Notes: a model not told the origin generated them from the letters alone. Shown: positions 17,856 through 30,379, counted from the stretch's first letter. The stretch is DNA of 64,000 bases from Yuukianura sp. NJ FZ-2021 (GCA_046563655.1 CM102283.1:8990001-9054000); one strand, 5' to 3'. Made by a program: numbers and translations.

Positions 17856-19803
17856 TTATTGAGGTGGTCCAACATTAGCTTGAAAAGTACCCATCGTGTT
17901 TCCCGGCGGGACGTAGCGAGCTACTGCAAAGGTACTGCGAGTGCCAGTATTTGTGGCTAAACCGAATCCCATTTTGGTCGTGCCCTTCCACACGAGAGCA
18001 GTGAAGTGGGCAGTGGACATGGAGAATGTTGGATTGTTGAAGTTGTACATTTTGACTTCGTCATACCAACTAGTTACTGCCATTTTAGCATTTTCTGCTG
18101 GACTTAGGTTTCTGCCGCCTTGCATCCATAGATTTTCGCCATATTCGTTACACATAGTGCAACTATGCTGGAGGGTACCGGACTGTGCTAACTTCTCGGC
18201 ATAACTCTGGCAACCAGCGCTGAGCTATCAGAAAACCCGGGTAATTTAAATTTTTAAACTTTTTATTTAAGAAAAAAGAAAGTTAGTCATACCTTGCCGT
18301 CGAGAGAAAGTGGATCAGCGCCGTGTTTCTTCCGGTATTTATTCGTTTCGGCCAAAGCAGCTTCAGCCGCATCTAAAACAAGGAAACCAAAATTTTGAAA
18401 AATTCAAACTTGCATTTTTTTTTTGAAATTATAGTTGTGATTGGTACCGCTAATATTACCGGTACCGCTGCTTGGACTGCTGCTGTCTTCAGGGCCGGAA
18501 GAAGGCTTGGAATCACCGGAGGTACCAACATCAAAGCTTCCACTACCGCTAAAATCCTTCATGTTGCCACCGATACCGCTAAAATCCTTCATGTTGCCAC
18601 CGATACCGCTAAAATCCTTCATGTTGCCACCGGTACCGCCATCGCTGAAATTATAACTGTACATGCGTACAAATCCATTGCCACCGCCCTGATTCCATGC
18701 ACCGCTTCCTCCATTGTTGCCTCCATATGAGTTCATGAGTTGCTGAAGCATATCCATGCCTCCTGGAAACTGGCCAAATGGAACTCCTTGATTACCTCCA
18801 AAGACGTATCTTCCGGATCCCTGCAACCCCTGACTCTTTTCACCTCCACCCCGTTGATTCTTTTTGGCGCGGTTTTCAGCACTTTCATCTTCAGTTTCAG
18901 TGCCGGCATGCCAGTGCCAATGGCCTAAATCAACTAAATCGTTTAAAACGGAATCTACAGACATAAATTCAATACCTTTATCATCTCCAGAGGTTCGGGC
19001 ACAAACCGGGGATTCCCGAATTTTTTGAAAAACGTAAGGCTCCGATCCATCGCTGAAAGTCGATGGATCGATTCCCAGTTCATCCTTGGATTTTTTGATC
19101 ACACGATCTCTCATTTCAGGCGGAAGAGACGGATCGGCACTGAGTACCAAAACGGCTGGTTTCTTATCATTGTACACACAGCCGGACATTACTAACACCT
19201 TCTTATCGACATCAACAATCCAGTCCCTAAACTCCCCAAAATCTGGATTCCAGAAATAAAATATATTAAACTATAATTAAATAATAAAAATATTTAAATA
19301 CTAATCACATCGGAATTTGTTGTGGAGCGGACTCTCAGCCGACGGAGTGTCCAGAATGAAAAAAGTTTTGCGCTGGGGGCTAAGACTATCCACTGAAATG
19401 TCAAAGTAGGCTGAAGATCCGAGTACTGGCGTTTTATTTTGCGGTGGATCATTGATTCCAATGGTCACATCATAGCATAGGTGAAACTTCCATTTCTTGT
19501 AGTCTTCGTTTTTGGGCGGGTCGGGTAGCGGGTCTTGCTTCTCCAGCTTTGTTTGGAGTGAAAAGTACATTCCTTCTTTCAATTGCTTGTTCATCTATAA
19601 TTTACAAGTTAATTTACAAGTTTTTAGTTAAAAAATTAGTTTCAAGAGTGAATTTCAATTTTGTTTTTAATTTTACCTACCCATGACATATCTAATTTTT
19701 CGTTGGGGTTGACCGGAGGGGGTCCACATTCTGCAGAAATGTGTCGAATCCTGTTCAAAACTAAAATTGTTTGCAAAAAAGCAGAAATTAGGAGTTCCTT
19801 CAT
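17856..19803 (-). CDS. Secreted protein: signal peptide, lipocalin-like domain, Gly-rich linker and C-terminal CAP/SCP (GAPR-1-like) domain, 5 exons
   Basis: MKELLISAFLQTILVL signal. CAP motifs NKYRKKHGADPL, AEKLA, LQHS, YGENL, WYDEV, HFTALVWK, VARYVPPGN. Frame-compatible introns ~19595-19679, ~19243-19310, ~18373-18446 and ~18225-18292. Confidence 0.8.
18544..18633 (-). repeat. Coding 30-bp tandem repeat x3 (GGNMKDFSGI)
   Basis: TACCGCTAAAATCCTTCATGTTGCCACCGA repeated three times in the linker exon. Confidence 0.95.
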
Positions 19804-20327
19804 TGTAAACCTTGAAGGTGGAGGTTTGAATGCAAGTGAAAGAAGTCGATGATAAACGGCACTAACGACTTTTGTTAATCGATTAATAAACAATTAAACA
19901 TAGCATAAAGAAATAAAAGCGGTTCGACGAAATGCGATTTACGTAGTGCGCGTCATAATAACATACTTTTTGTTCATTTTTAACCTGAAGATGTCTCCAC
20001 TAAAGCTCGAAATTTTTAAATTTTGAGCGCTATTGAATTTAAATTGACCTGACAGAGGTAGGTTTCAGATTGCGGTTTCTACATTTAAATGTTTTCATTT
20101 TGAGAACAATGATGGACATATCAAGCGGTTTTTCATTGACCGCACAAATTTTTTTCTGGGTACTATCATCATTTTTAGCAAATTGGTAAGCCTAAGTCTA
20201 TTTGCACAAAATAAAACTTAGTCTTCTTTACGACTGACTAATAAGATCGTTTAAAAACAAAAACAAAAGTGAAAACAAAACAAAATCTCATTTTTGTGTT
20301 AAAAACTTTTGTTTTGTAATTTATGGA

Positions 20328-20909
20328 ATGATCAGAACGAGGATTATTGTGATCGCGGTCATAGAATGGGTAGGTCACATCTTAGTTACAAACAAAGTTA
20401 TTTTTATTGACCTTGACCTTTGACCTGTTAGCTGCTAGTGTTCTTCTATGCAGTTTCCTCTGCCGTTGGAATATGGCTGAGCATGAGATTATGGAAATAT
20501 GACGAGTCCCACTTAATACTAATCGTTGGTGGACTTTTGTGTGCAATATTCGTCATGCAACTGGGTCACACAGTTCTTTTTACAGTTGGAATCATCAAAG
20601 TAATTAATTTGGTTTTTGAAATTTTAAATTTTGAAATGTTTTAAAATGTTAAAAATTGTTTAATTTTTGTAGAGGTCTACCCGTGTCGTCAACATTTGGC
20701 TAGTTGTTTACAGCATTTGTTTTGCGGTACAAGCAGTGATACTGTCGCTGGAAGTAGTTTTCCTGGGATTAGCTGGATTCGCTACGTTAGTTCCTATTTG
20801 TCTCTACCGCATCATTGCCATTGTTGTAGTGAAGCGTAGTAGGAAATCCATTGCAAAAGATACTGGACAAGTCGGAATTGACGCAGAACTGCAACCAGTT
20901 CCTAAATGA
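20328..20909 (+). CDS. Small multi-pass (~4 TM) membrane protein, tandem paralog A, 3 exons
   Basis: MIRTRIIVIAVIEW / LLVFFYAVSS...VGIIK / RSTRVVNIWL...ELQPVPK*. Same exon structure and clear similarity to paralog B. Confidence 0.8.
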
Positions 20910-21375
20910 GAACTTCTACTGTAACTATTTAAATTTTTCCACTAATTAATTAATATCTCAGCAACAATATAATTTATACGAAAAAAAATGTCGGGTTTAT
21001 TCGTCTATTTGGAATGTGGATTTTTGCTCCCGGTTGGTAACATTGATTTGATGATTTTAATATTTTTTTTTCAATTCAAAATCAACAAAAACAAATTTTT
21101 CCTGTCGCATAATAAACAAAAATGCGTTAAGAGCATAAACTAAAGTTTTAGACTCAAGTTGGATTTAAAAAGATGGAAATTCATGCATTTCAACTCCAAG
21201 TGGTTCGTATTGCGGCTTCTGCGTTTAGATGTTTTCATCTTCATAAAGAAGGAAACAGTGATGACGGACAGACTCGGATCGCCGAAGGACATCGAGTACA
21301 TGCAGACGGACTATGTTTTTCCTAGGTTGCAGAAGAATTATCTCATTCATATTTTCTGTACGGGTATATATAAGG

Positions 21376-21881
21376 GGAGCACGCCATTGGTTCAAATGAA
21401 TTGGTTCAAATCCAATTGGTTCAAATGAAAAGGTTCAAAACCAATTGGTTCAAGAGACCAATTGGTTCAAGAGGCAAATTGGTTCAAGAGACAATTGGTT
21501 CAAAACTAATTGGTTCAAGAGACCAATTGGTTCAATTGGCAAATTGGTTCAAAAACTAAATAAATATATTTATTTAGAACTAAATCTTGTTTTATCTTCC
21601 CGCGCCCAAGGCGCGGTGTTAGGTTAGGTTATTAAATTCCCCGTAGTGATGCCAAGTTAGGTTAGTTAGGTTTCTGCAGCCTGTTTTTTCAGTTAATTAG
21701 GTTTTGAACCAATTGGCCTGTTGAACCAATTAGCATCTTGAACCAAATAGTTTTGAACCAATTTTCTCTTGAACCAATTTGCCTCTTGAACCAATTGGTC
21801 TCTTGAACCAATTGGTTTTGAACCTTTTCATTTGAACCAATTGGATTTGAACCAATTCATTTGAACCAATGGCATGGAACC
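21376..21881. mobile_element. Mutator-type foldback MITE with modular TIRs and 9-bp TSD
   Basis: Arms built from AATTGGTTCAA sub-repeats on the left and TTGAACCAATT on the right; GG...CC termini; TSD TATATAAGG at 21367-21375 and 21882-21890; internal GTTAGGTTAGGTTA. Confidence 0.88.
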
Positions 21882-22311
21882 TATATAAGGGGGGAGTCTT
21901 TTCCCAAACTTCAAAGAGTGAATACCAAAGAAATGATTATTTCATTATAATGATTTTTTTAGTTCACTTTGTTGTTTCCGACCATTTGCTTTTAGTTGAT
22001 TTGTTGATTTGTAGTTGACGACAGACGTAAACTGAAGCATGATTTGACGTAAATCTTGAGATTTCCCTGAAGAAGAAAACACAGTTTTCGTAAGGGACTG
22101 CGTGTTGTTTGTTGCAATTGTGGAGCATGCTGGGCATATCAAACGTTTTTTATTGACCGCAAAATTTTGTCTCCGGGATCACTAATTTTGTTTAGAATTT
22201 GCAACTGATAGGCTATTCGCAAAACAATTTGCAAGCTACCGCCGCATTATCTTTCCCTTTTTTTCTAAAACCAAAACAAAGTTTTGTGAAGTTTGTGTGG
22301 AAGTGTTTGCA

Positions 22312-22941
22312 ATGCTCAACGCCAGTATTTTGGTGATTGTGATCGCAGTCATAGAATGGGTAAACCTTATTTATGTAAAAAGTTAAGCACTTAAGTCTTC
22401 TTGAGCATGACCTTGACCTATGACCTTTGACCTTTAGCTTCTAGTATTCTTCTACGCAGTTGAATTTGCCTTTGGAATTGAGTTGACCGTGAGCTTGTGG
22501 AGTATTGACGAGTCCCACGTCGACGCAGCACTGCTCGTTCGTGCACTTCTGTGTTCAGTACTCGTCATACAACTCGGCCTTACGATTGTATTCACAGTCG
22601 GAATCCTCAGAGTAAATCACTTTTTGAAAACTTTGAACTTAAAACTAATTAATTTGTAGAATTATTTTTCTCCTTCTTTGTTTCTTCAGAGGTCAACCCG
22701 TGTCATCATCATTTGGCTTCTTGTGTATCTCATATTTTTCATTATGCAATCAGTGATACTGGTGCTGGAGCTATTTTACGTGGGAGTGCATGGATTCGCT
22801 ACGCTAAATCCTATTTGTTTGTACCGCCTTGTGGTCATTCTCTTAGCGAAACGAATTAGAAATGCCATTGCGAATGATACTGAACCGATTGGGTCTAACG
22901 CAGAAATGCAACCAGTTGCTAAACACGAGGCTCCACTGTAA
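22312..22941 (+). CDS. Small multi-pass (~4 TM) membrane protein, tandem paralog B, 3 exons
   Basis: MLNASILVIVIAVIEW / LLVFFYAVEF...VGILR / RSTRVIIIWL...EMQPVAKHEAPL*. Confidence 0.8.
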
Positions 22942-23038
22942 TTGTTTTAAATTATGCAATTAATTGATATCATTTTGATTAATTATATTTTAAAAATTGA
23001 AATAAGTTTAAACATGGTAGAAGTTTAAAAAAAATTTG

Positions 23039-25317
23039 TCAAGCAGAACGGCTCAAACTCTGCAAATTCCTGAGAAACTCATCTGGAGTCAAAATGTGCG
23101 TAGATCCTAAAAATTAATATATTATATTATTTATACAAAAAATATATTTTAAACATATTAATTGAAATATAATAATGAAATATAAATTGTTATACCTATA
23201 ATAACTTCCCAACTTTTGTTCGAAGCTTTTGTAACTTCATAAGCGCAACGCATCTCCGAAAAAGTGACGCCACCAACAATAAAAATCAAAAGACGCGGAA
23301 CACTTTTGACATAGGTTTCGCCTTTTCCAAATTTCCAAAATCGGGCACTAAAATAGCATTAGATACTCTCAAAAATTCCAAAATTTTTAAAATTTCAAAA
23401 TTTTGAACTTTTTACCTATTAGGTGTAGTTTGCATGCGGTAGCCAGAGGGTGACGCCCTACCCGCCCAAAACGGAAACTGCTTCTGGTCCAACTTGTCTT
23501 CAATTGCATCTTCCATGATATCCTTGACAACGGGCGTCCAACGGGACATGTCATACTGGTACTCCGTACTCCTCTCTTTTCGCGGCACTTTTTTCTTAGT
23601 CTGTTGACCAAAATGCATGTTGACAAAATTGTTGTTGACTAAATTGTTAGATGTACCCAACCTTACTGGATCTGGTAGAACCCGGCATCCCAGATTTTCA
23701 ATGTTGGTAATAATACATTGCAGATCAGATTCAATGTCTCCGTGTTGAATTAACTTGTTCAAATTTTCCTCCGAAACGCCATTTTTTGACAAAATGTACA
23801 ACAAAATAATTCGGAGTTTTTCAAAAGACGTGATTCCAGAAGAATTGTAGTCAAGCAGAATCGGAACGATTGTGCGCATGTGATCTTTGATTTTTTCACC
23901 TTCTATGTTAACACCCATTGCCAAATCCTGAAAATTCAAAAACCAGGAATTTTCAATTTTGAAAAAAGATTTTTTTTTTTTTGAAAAAAGTGTTTTTCAT
24001 GCCTGACCTGTTCTGCATGACACAGCATGTGGACATGACCGTGGTAGATGTTCATGCAGTCATCTGCTAAGTGAAGATGCTTCGAGTATTTGCTCAACTC
24101 TGATTGGTACTGCGGCATTTTCTTGATCAGCTGACCAAGATCTTTCAGCGAAGCATTATCTGTGGGCATTCTCCTAGAGTCTGTGAATTCCTTCAACTTT
24201 CCACTCACATTTCTAAAAAAAAAAAGAGAATTTTTTTTTTCGAAATTTCTTGAATTTTGAAATCTTACTTGGAAACAACGGCAATGTGTTGATGACGCAA
24301 CTCCACCCAGAGATCATCCTTGTCATCCAGAGTGACCTTGACTTCTTTTAATGTTTTTTCAGGATTGGTTGAACTTTTTGCTTCGTAAGTGTAAACATCG
24401 TTGTCTATTTTCAGAAGGTCATAGGTCATGGCTTGATACGTTAACTCATGCAAAAGAGGCGACACGCAATCAAATCCCCGATCCAGTATCAGCAGCATCG
24501 ACCTCATCTTCTCCGGCCCCTCACCCATTGTAGGCTCTTCGGCCTTGTAAGCATCCAGTTTCTGCTGAACAAGCTGGGCCAACTCAATGTTATGCTCAAA
24601 TTCACCCCTAAAAGTTCAAAATTTTGAAAAAAAATGAAGTTTTTGAAATATTTTTGATTTACCTATATCTAACTGATGGATACTCTCCAAGAGTTGCGCA
24701 GAGCGTCGCAACTTGTTCTGCCATGCGCTCCATACAAGAAGATCTCCCACCCGAAAGTTGCGGATGATAAAAAAATTGAAAAGCCCGGGAAGAATCCAAC
24801 GTAAAAACTTGATCTTCGAATGGCAAAAATGCAATGTTAATTTCCTTTAAAGTTTTGATGAACTTTGCACATCGGGATTTGCAAAGTTGGTTAAAAAGTT
24901 CCTCTGCGCAGACTTCAGTGAAAAAGACATGCGCAGCTTTGTACATTTGGGTTTTCTTTGATTCAAAATCGCTGATCAACCGACCCACTGACTCCTGTGA
25001 TGGAGTGATGAAGTAAATCGCTTCCAGCGCTGTGATTGGCTGACGACTTAACCCAATGTCTTCCACGAGCGTAACTCTCTCTAGTGCGATGTCATGCAAT
25101 TGGCAACAGGAAGAGACAATTCGCATTCCCAATTTATCGACGACCAGGATACGGTAAGAACCGATTTTTGAAGTTTTGCTACTCCCGATTGGATTCACTC
25201 CTGTTTCCCGTATTACTTCGTTCATAATTTCTAAAACAAGAAAAAATTTTGGAAAAAAAAGTATAATTTTTGAATTTTTGAAAACTCACTTTTTGCTACC
25301 AATGATCTAAGGGCCAT
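23039..25317 (-). CDS. Rop: Sec1/Munc18 family protein (Rop/unc-18/STXBP-like), multi-exon
   Basis: [15 protein letters not shown]..., [121 protein letters not shown]. Stop at 23039-23041. Confidence 0.95.
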
Positions 25318-26210
25318 GGTGTGACTTTTTTCTTCGACTTAAGCCTTGGATACCAAAATAGAGAACTAAATTATTTTTTGGATGTGACCAAATTTTGAAA
25401 TGAAATTCAAAATTTAGTATGAAAGTGTTGGTGAAAATTTTTTGCACATAATACAACAGGAACTTGTGGTTTTTTTTAGAGGAAAAGAGGAAGTACAAAC
25501 TAAAATTTTTGGTTTTTGAATTACTCCAGCTCAACTCTTCTACGCGTTACGAATTTGTGCCTGGAGGTCATCCGGGGAGAGTAGTGTGGGTCTTTAAAGT
25601 AGAGTAGTCCCAAAGTTGAGACAACTTTTTCATAAAATTAAAATAATATTATGCCAAGCTAAAAATTTAGTTCCAGAGTGCGGAAGTTCATATTTTGCGC
25701 ATTAAGAGCAGGATGAAAATCCTTACCCGAACGGGGCGGTTGCTTACGGCCCCATAACGGAGTAACGGGATGGTTGCAATCAAATGAGAAGCTCCACTCA
25801 AAGAAACGCTGTGCTGTGAATGGGACGTGGCTACGAATTTATGAGGGGAGAAAACCCGCAAAATTCCTCTACAGAATTACATCTGCATTTCCTGATGTGT
25901 CAAATTCGAGACATCTGAAATAACAAAAACGCAACAGAAATCCAGATATGTGAAATTAAACACGTCTCAAATCACAAAAAGACAACAGGAATGTGTCAAA
26001 TTTGAGATGTGTGAAAATAAAAATAGAACACAAATTCTAACATGTCAATTTGAGATGTATCTCGCCTTTTTCAGATGTGTGAAATTGAGGCGTCTAAATT
26101 CCTCATGACATGACTCATGTGTCAATTTGAGATGTGTTTTTGGTGCAGGTGGTTGAGCTAAGCCACAGTCGAATCCGTTGTATACACCCAGATCATTTAC
26201 CCTCACCAGT

Positions 26211-26275
26211 ATATATTTATAATATATATGGTATATATTTAAAATATATATGGTATATATTTAAAATATATATGG
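26211..26275. repeat. 22-bp AT-rich tandem repeat x3
   Basis: TATATATTTAAAATATATATGG units. Confidence 0.85.
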
Positions 26276-26676
26276 GGTAGGATTATACCCTTATGTACGC
26301 ATGTTAAAAACTTAGAAAAATTTCGGGGGTGGAGGGGTCAGTGACATCTCCAGACAACACAAAAAATGACCTCTACAAAAGTTGGGCTTGATGAGGGGAT
26401 CATTTTTTGTTCTCTGACATATGACCCTGTGACCTTCCGTTGAGGTCATAGGTCAATTTGAAAGTTAGTTAGGTTAGGTTAAGTTAAACCTTCAAATGGA
26501 CCTATGACCTTAACGAAAGGTCACAGGGTCATATGTCAGAGGACAAAAATGATCCCCTCATCAAAGCGAACAACTTTTGTAGAGGTCATTTTTTGGGTTG
26601 TCTGAGGATGTCAGTGACCTTTTTCTCGAAATTTTTCCAAGTTTTTAACATGCGTACATAAGGGTATAATCCAACC
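26276..26676. mobile_element. ~400-bp foldback (MULE-like MITE), almost entirely inverted repeat
   Basis: GGTAGGATTATACCCTTATGTACGCATGTTAAAAAC ... GTTTTTAACATGCGTACATAAGGGTATAATCCAACC; ~190-bp arms around a TTAGTTAGGTTAGGTTAAG loop; GG/CC termini; no TSD. Confidence 0.8.
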
Positions 26677-29600
26677 GTAAATGCATATGTGAATGCATAT
26701 GTACATGCATATGTAAATGCATATGTGAATGCATATGTAAATGCATATGTACATGCATATGTAAATGCATATGTGAATGCATATGTAAATGCATATGTAC
26801 ATGCATATGTAAATGCATATGTGAATGCATATGTAAATGCATATGTAAATGCATATGTAAATGCATATGTGAATGCATATGTACATGCATATGTAAATGC
26901 ATATGTGAATGCATATGTAAATGCATATGTAAATGCATATGTGAATGCATATGTAAATGCATATGTAAATGCATATGTAAATGCATATGTGAATGCATAT
27001 GTACATGCATATGTAAATGCATATGTGAATGCATATGTAAATGCATATGTAAATGCATATGTGAATGCATATGTAAATGCATATGTACATGCATATGTAA
27101 ATGCATATGTGAATGCATATGTAAATGCATATGTACATGCATATGTAAATGCATATGTAAATGCATATGTAAATGCATATGTGAATGCATATGTAAATGC
27201 ATATGTACATGCATATGTAAATGCATATGTAAATGCATATGTAAATGCATATGTAAATGCATATGTAAATGCATATGTAAATGCATATGTGAATGCATAT
27301 GTAAATGCATATGTACATGCATATGTAAATGCATATGTAAATGCATATGTGAATGCATATGTACATGCATATGTAAATGCATATGTGAATGCATATGTAA
27401 ATGCATATGTAAATGCATATGTGAATGCATATGTAAATGCATATGTAAATGCATATGTAAATGCATATGTGAATGCATATGTACATGCATATGTAAATGC
27501 ATATGTGAATGCATATGTAAATGCATATGTAAATGCATATGTGAATGCATATGTAAATGCATATGTACATGCATATGTAAATGCATATGTGAATGCATAT
27601 GTAAATGCATATGTACATGCATATGTAAATGCATATGTAAATGCATATGTAAATGCATATGTGAATGCATATGTAAATGCATATGTACATGCATATGTAA
27701 ATGCATATGTAAATGCATATGTAAATGCATATGTAAATGCATATGTAAATGCATATGTAAATGCATATGTAAATGCATATGTAAATGCATATGTAAATGC
27801 ATATGTAAATGCATATGTAAATGCATATGTAAATGCATATGTAAATGCATATGTAAATGCATATGTAAATGCATATGTAAATGCATATGTAAATGCATAT
27901 GTAAATGCATATGTAAATGCATATGTAAATGCATATGTAAATGCATATGTAAACGCATATGTAAATGCATATGTAAATGCATATGTAAATGCATATGTAA
28001 ATGCATATGTAAATGCATATGTAAATGCATATGTAAATGCATATGTAAATGCATATGTGAATGCATATGTAAATGCATATGTAAATGCATATGTAAATGC
28101 ATATGTAAATGCATATGTAAATGCATATGTAAATGCATATGTAAATGCATATGTAAATGCATATGTAAATGCATATGTAAATGCATATGTAAATGCATAT
28201 GTAAATGCATATGTAAATGCATATGTAAATGCATATGTAAATGCATATGTAAATGCATATGTGAATGCATATGTAAATGCATATGTAAATGCATATGTAA
28301 ATGCATATGTAAATGCATATGTAAATGCATATGTAAATGCATATGTAAATGCATATGTAAATGCATATGTAAATGCATATGTAAATGCATATGTAAATGC
28401 ATATGTAAATGCATATGTAAATGCATATGTAAATGCATATGTAAATGCATATGTAAATGCATATGTAAATGCATATGTAAATGCATATGTAAATGCATAT
28501 GTAAATGCATATGTAAATGCATATGTAAATGCATATGTAAATGCATATGTAAATGCATATGTAAATGCATATGTAAATGCATATGTAAATGCATATGTGA
28601 ATGCATATGTACATGCATATGTAAATGCATATGTGAATGCATATGTAAATGCATATGTAAATGCATATGTGAATGCATATGTAAATGCATATGTACATGC
28701 ATATGTAAATGCATATGTGAATGCATATGTAAATGCATATGTACATGCATATGTAAATGCATATGTAAATGCATATGTAAATGCATATGTAAATGCATAT
28801 GTAAATGCATATGTAAATGCATATGTAAATGCATATGTAAATGCATATGTAAATGCATATGTAAATGCATATGTAAATGCATATGTAAATGCATATGTAA
28901 ATGCATATGTAAATGCATATGTAAATGCATATGTAAATGCATATGTAAATGCATGTGTAAATGCATATGTAAATGCATATGTAAATGCATATGTAAATGC
29001 ATATGTAAATGCATATGTAAATGCATATGTAAATGCATATGTAAATGCATATGTAAATGCATATGTAAATGCATATGTACATGCATATGTAAATGCATAT
29101 GTGAATGCATATGTAAATGCATATGTAAATGCATATGTAAATGCATATGTAAATGCATATGTAAATGCATATGTAAATGCATATGTAAATGCATATGTAA
29201 ATGCATATGTAAATGCATATGTAAATGCATATGTAAATGCATATGTAAATGCATATGTAAATGCATATGTAAATGCATATGTAAATGCATATGTAAATGC
29301 ATATGTAAATGCATATGTAAATGCATATGTAAATGCATATGTAAATGCATATGTAAATGCATATGTAAATGCATATGTAAATGCATATGTAAATGCATAT
29401 GTAAATGCATATGTGAATGCATATGTAAATGCATATGTAAATGCATATGTAAATGCATATGTAAATGCATATGTAAATGCATATGTAAATGCATATGTAA
29501 ATGCATATGTAAATGCATATGTAAATGCATATGTAAATGCATATGTGAATGCATATGTAAATGCATATGTAAATGCATATGTAAATGCATATGTAAATGC

Positions 29601-29832
29601 ATATGTAAATGCATATGTAAATGCATATGTAAATGCATATGTAAATGCATATGTAAATGCATATGTAAATGCATATGTAAATGCATATGTAAATGCATAT
29701 GTAAATGCATATGTAAATGCATATGTAAATGCATATGTAAATGCATATGTAAATGCATATGTAAATGCATATGTAAATGCATATGTAAATGCATATGTAA
29801 ATGCATATGTAAATGCATATGTAAATGCATGT
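26677..29832. repeat. Satellite array of ~263 copies of the 12-mer GTAAATGCATAT
   Basis: Phase-perfect 12-bp repeat with recurring variants GTGAATGCATAT and GTACATGCATAT. Confidence 0.99.
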
Positions 29833-30240
29833 AAATATGTAAATGCGATACATACATAATAATAATATCTAAACACATCTGAATTCAGATATGAGGAATC
29901 GAGGCGTCTCGATTTCACACATCAGGAAAACCATATGAGGCGAGATATGTGTCAAATCCAGACATTAGGATTTGTGTTGTGTTTTTATTTTCACACATCT
30001 CAAATTTGACACATCAGGATTCCTGTTGTGTTTTTGTGGTTTGAGATGTGTTTAATTTCACACATGTGGATTTCTGTTGCGTTTTTGCTATTCCAGATGT
30101 GTGGAATTTGACACATCAGGAAATCCAGATGTAAATCTGTCGAGGAATATTGCGGGTTTTCTCCCCTCATACGAATTAGGCGCAAAGTTCACCCCAATCC
30201 ACACGAACTCGTTGAGTTTCTCTACATTACGTTTGAAATA

Positions 30241-30379
30241 TCGGGTGTACCATAAGTCCGTTGGATGCTTCTTCTCCGTGTGTAACTTCTCCATCTCATC
30301 TCCTATCTCTCCCTGTGGAGTTTTTGGAGCTTATGTGTTTTGTGTGGAGAAAGATCCAACGGACTTATGGTACACCCGA
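30241..30379. mobile_element. Tc1/mariner-type MITE (139 bp)
   Basis: Perfect TIRs TCGGGTGTACCATAAGTCCGTTGGAT / ATCCAACGGACTTATGGTACACCCGA flanked by TA on both sides. Confidence 0.88.

Larger units (their letters stand above)
25840..30171. mobile_element. Non-autonomous DNA transposon with ~300-bp imperfect modular TIRs, enclosing a foldback element and a 12-bp satellite
   Basis: Left end TATGAGGGGAGAAAACCCGCAA, right end TTGCGGGTTTTCTCCCCTCATA. Inverted similarity extends over ~25840-26130 versus ~29875-30171 with GATGTGTCAAATT sub-repeats. Direct repeat CGAATT on both flanks (25834-25839, 30172-30177). Confidence 0.85.

Noticed and set aside
21159-21627. ORFs with NWFK repeats
   Set aside because: Read-through into the AATTGGTTCAA sub-repeats of the foldback TIR.
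26586-29918. Four ORFs of >1000 aa (YAFT, CIYI, HMHL, NAYV repeats)
   Set aside because: By-products of a stop-free 12-bp satellite; open on both strands, with no unique coding sequence or gene context.
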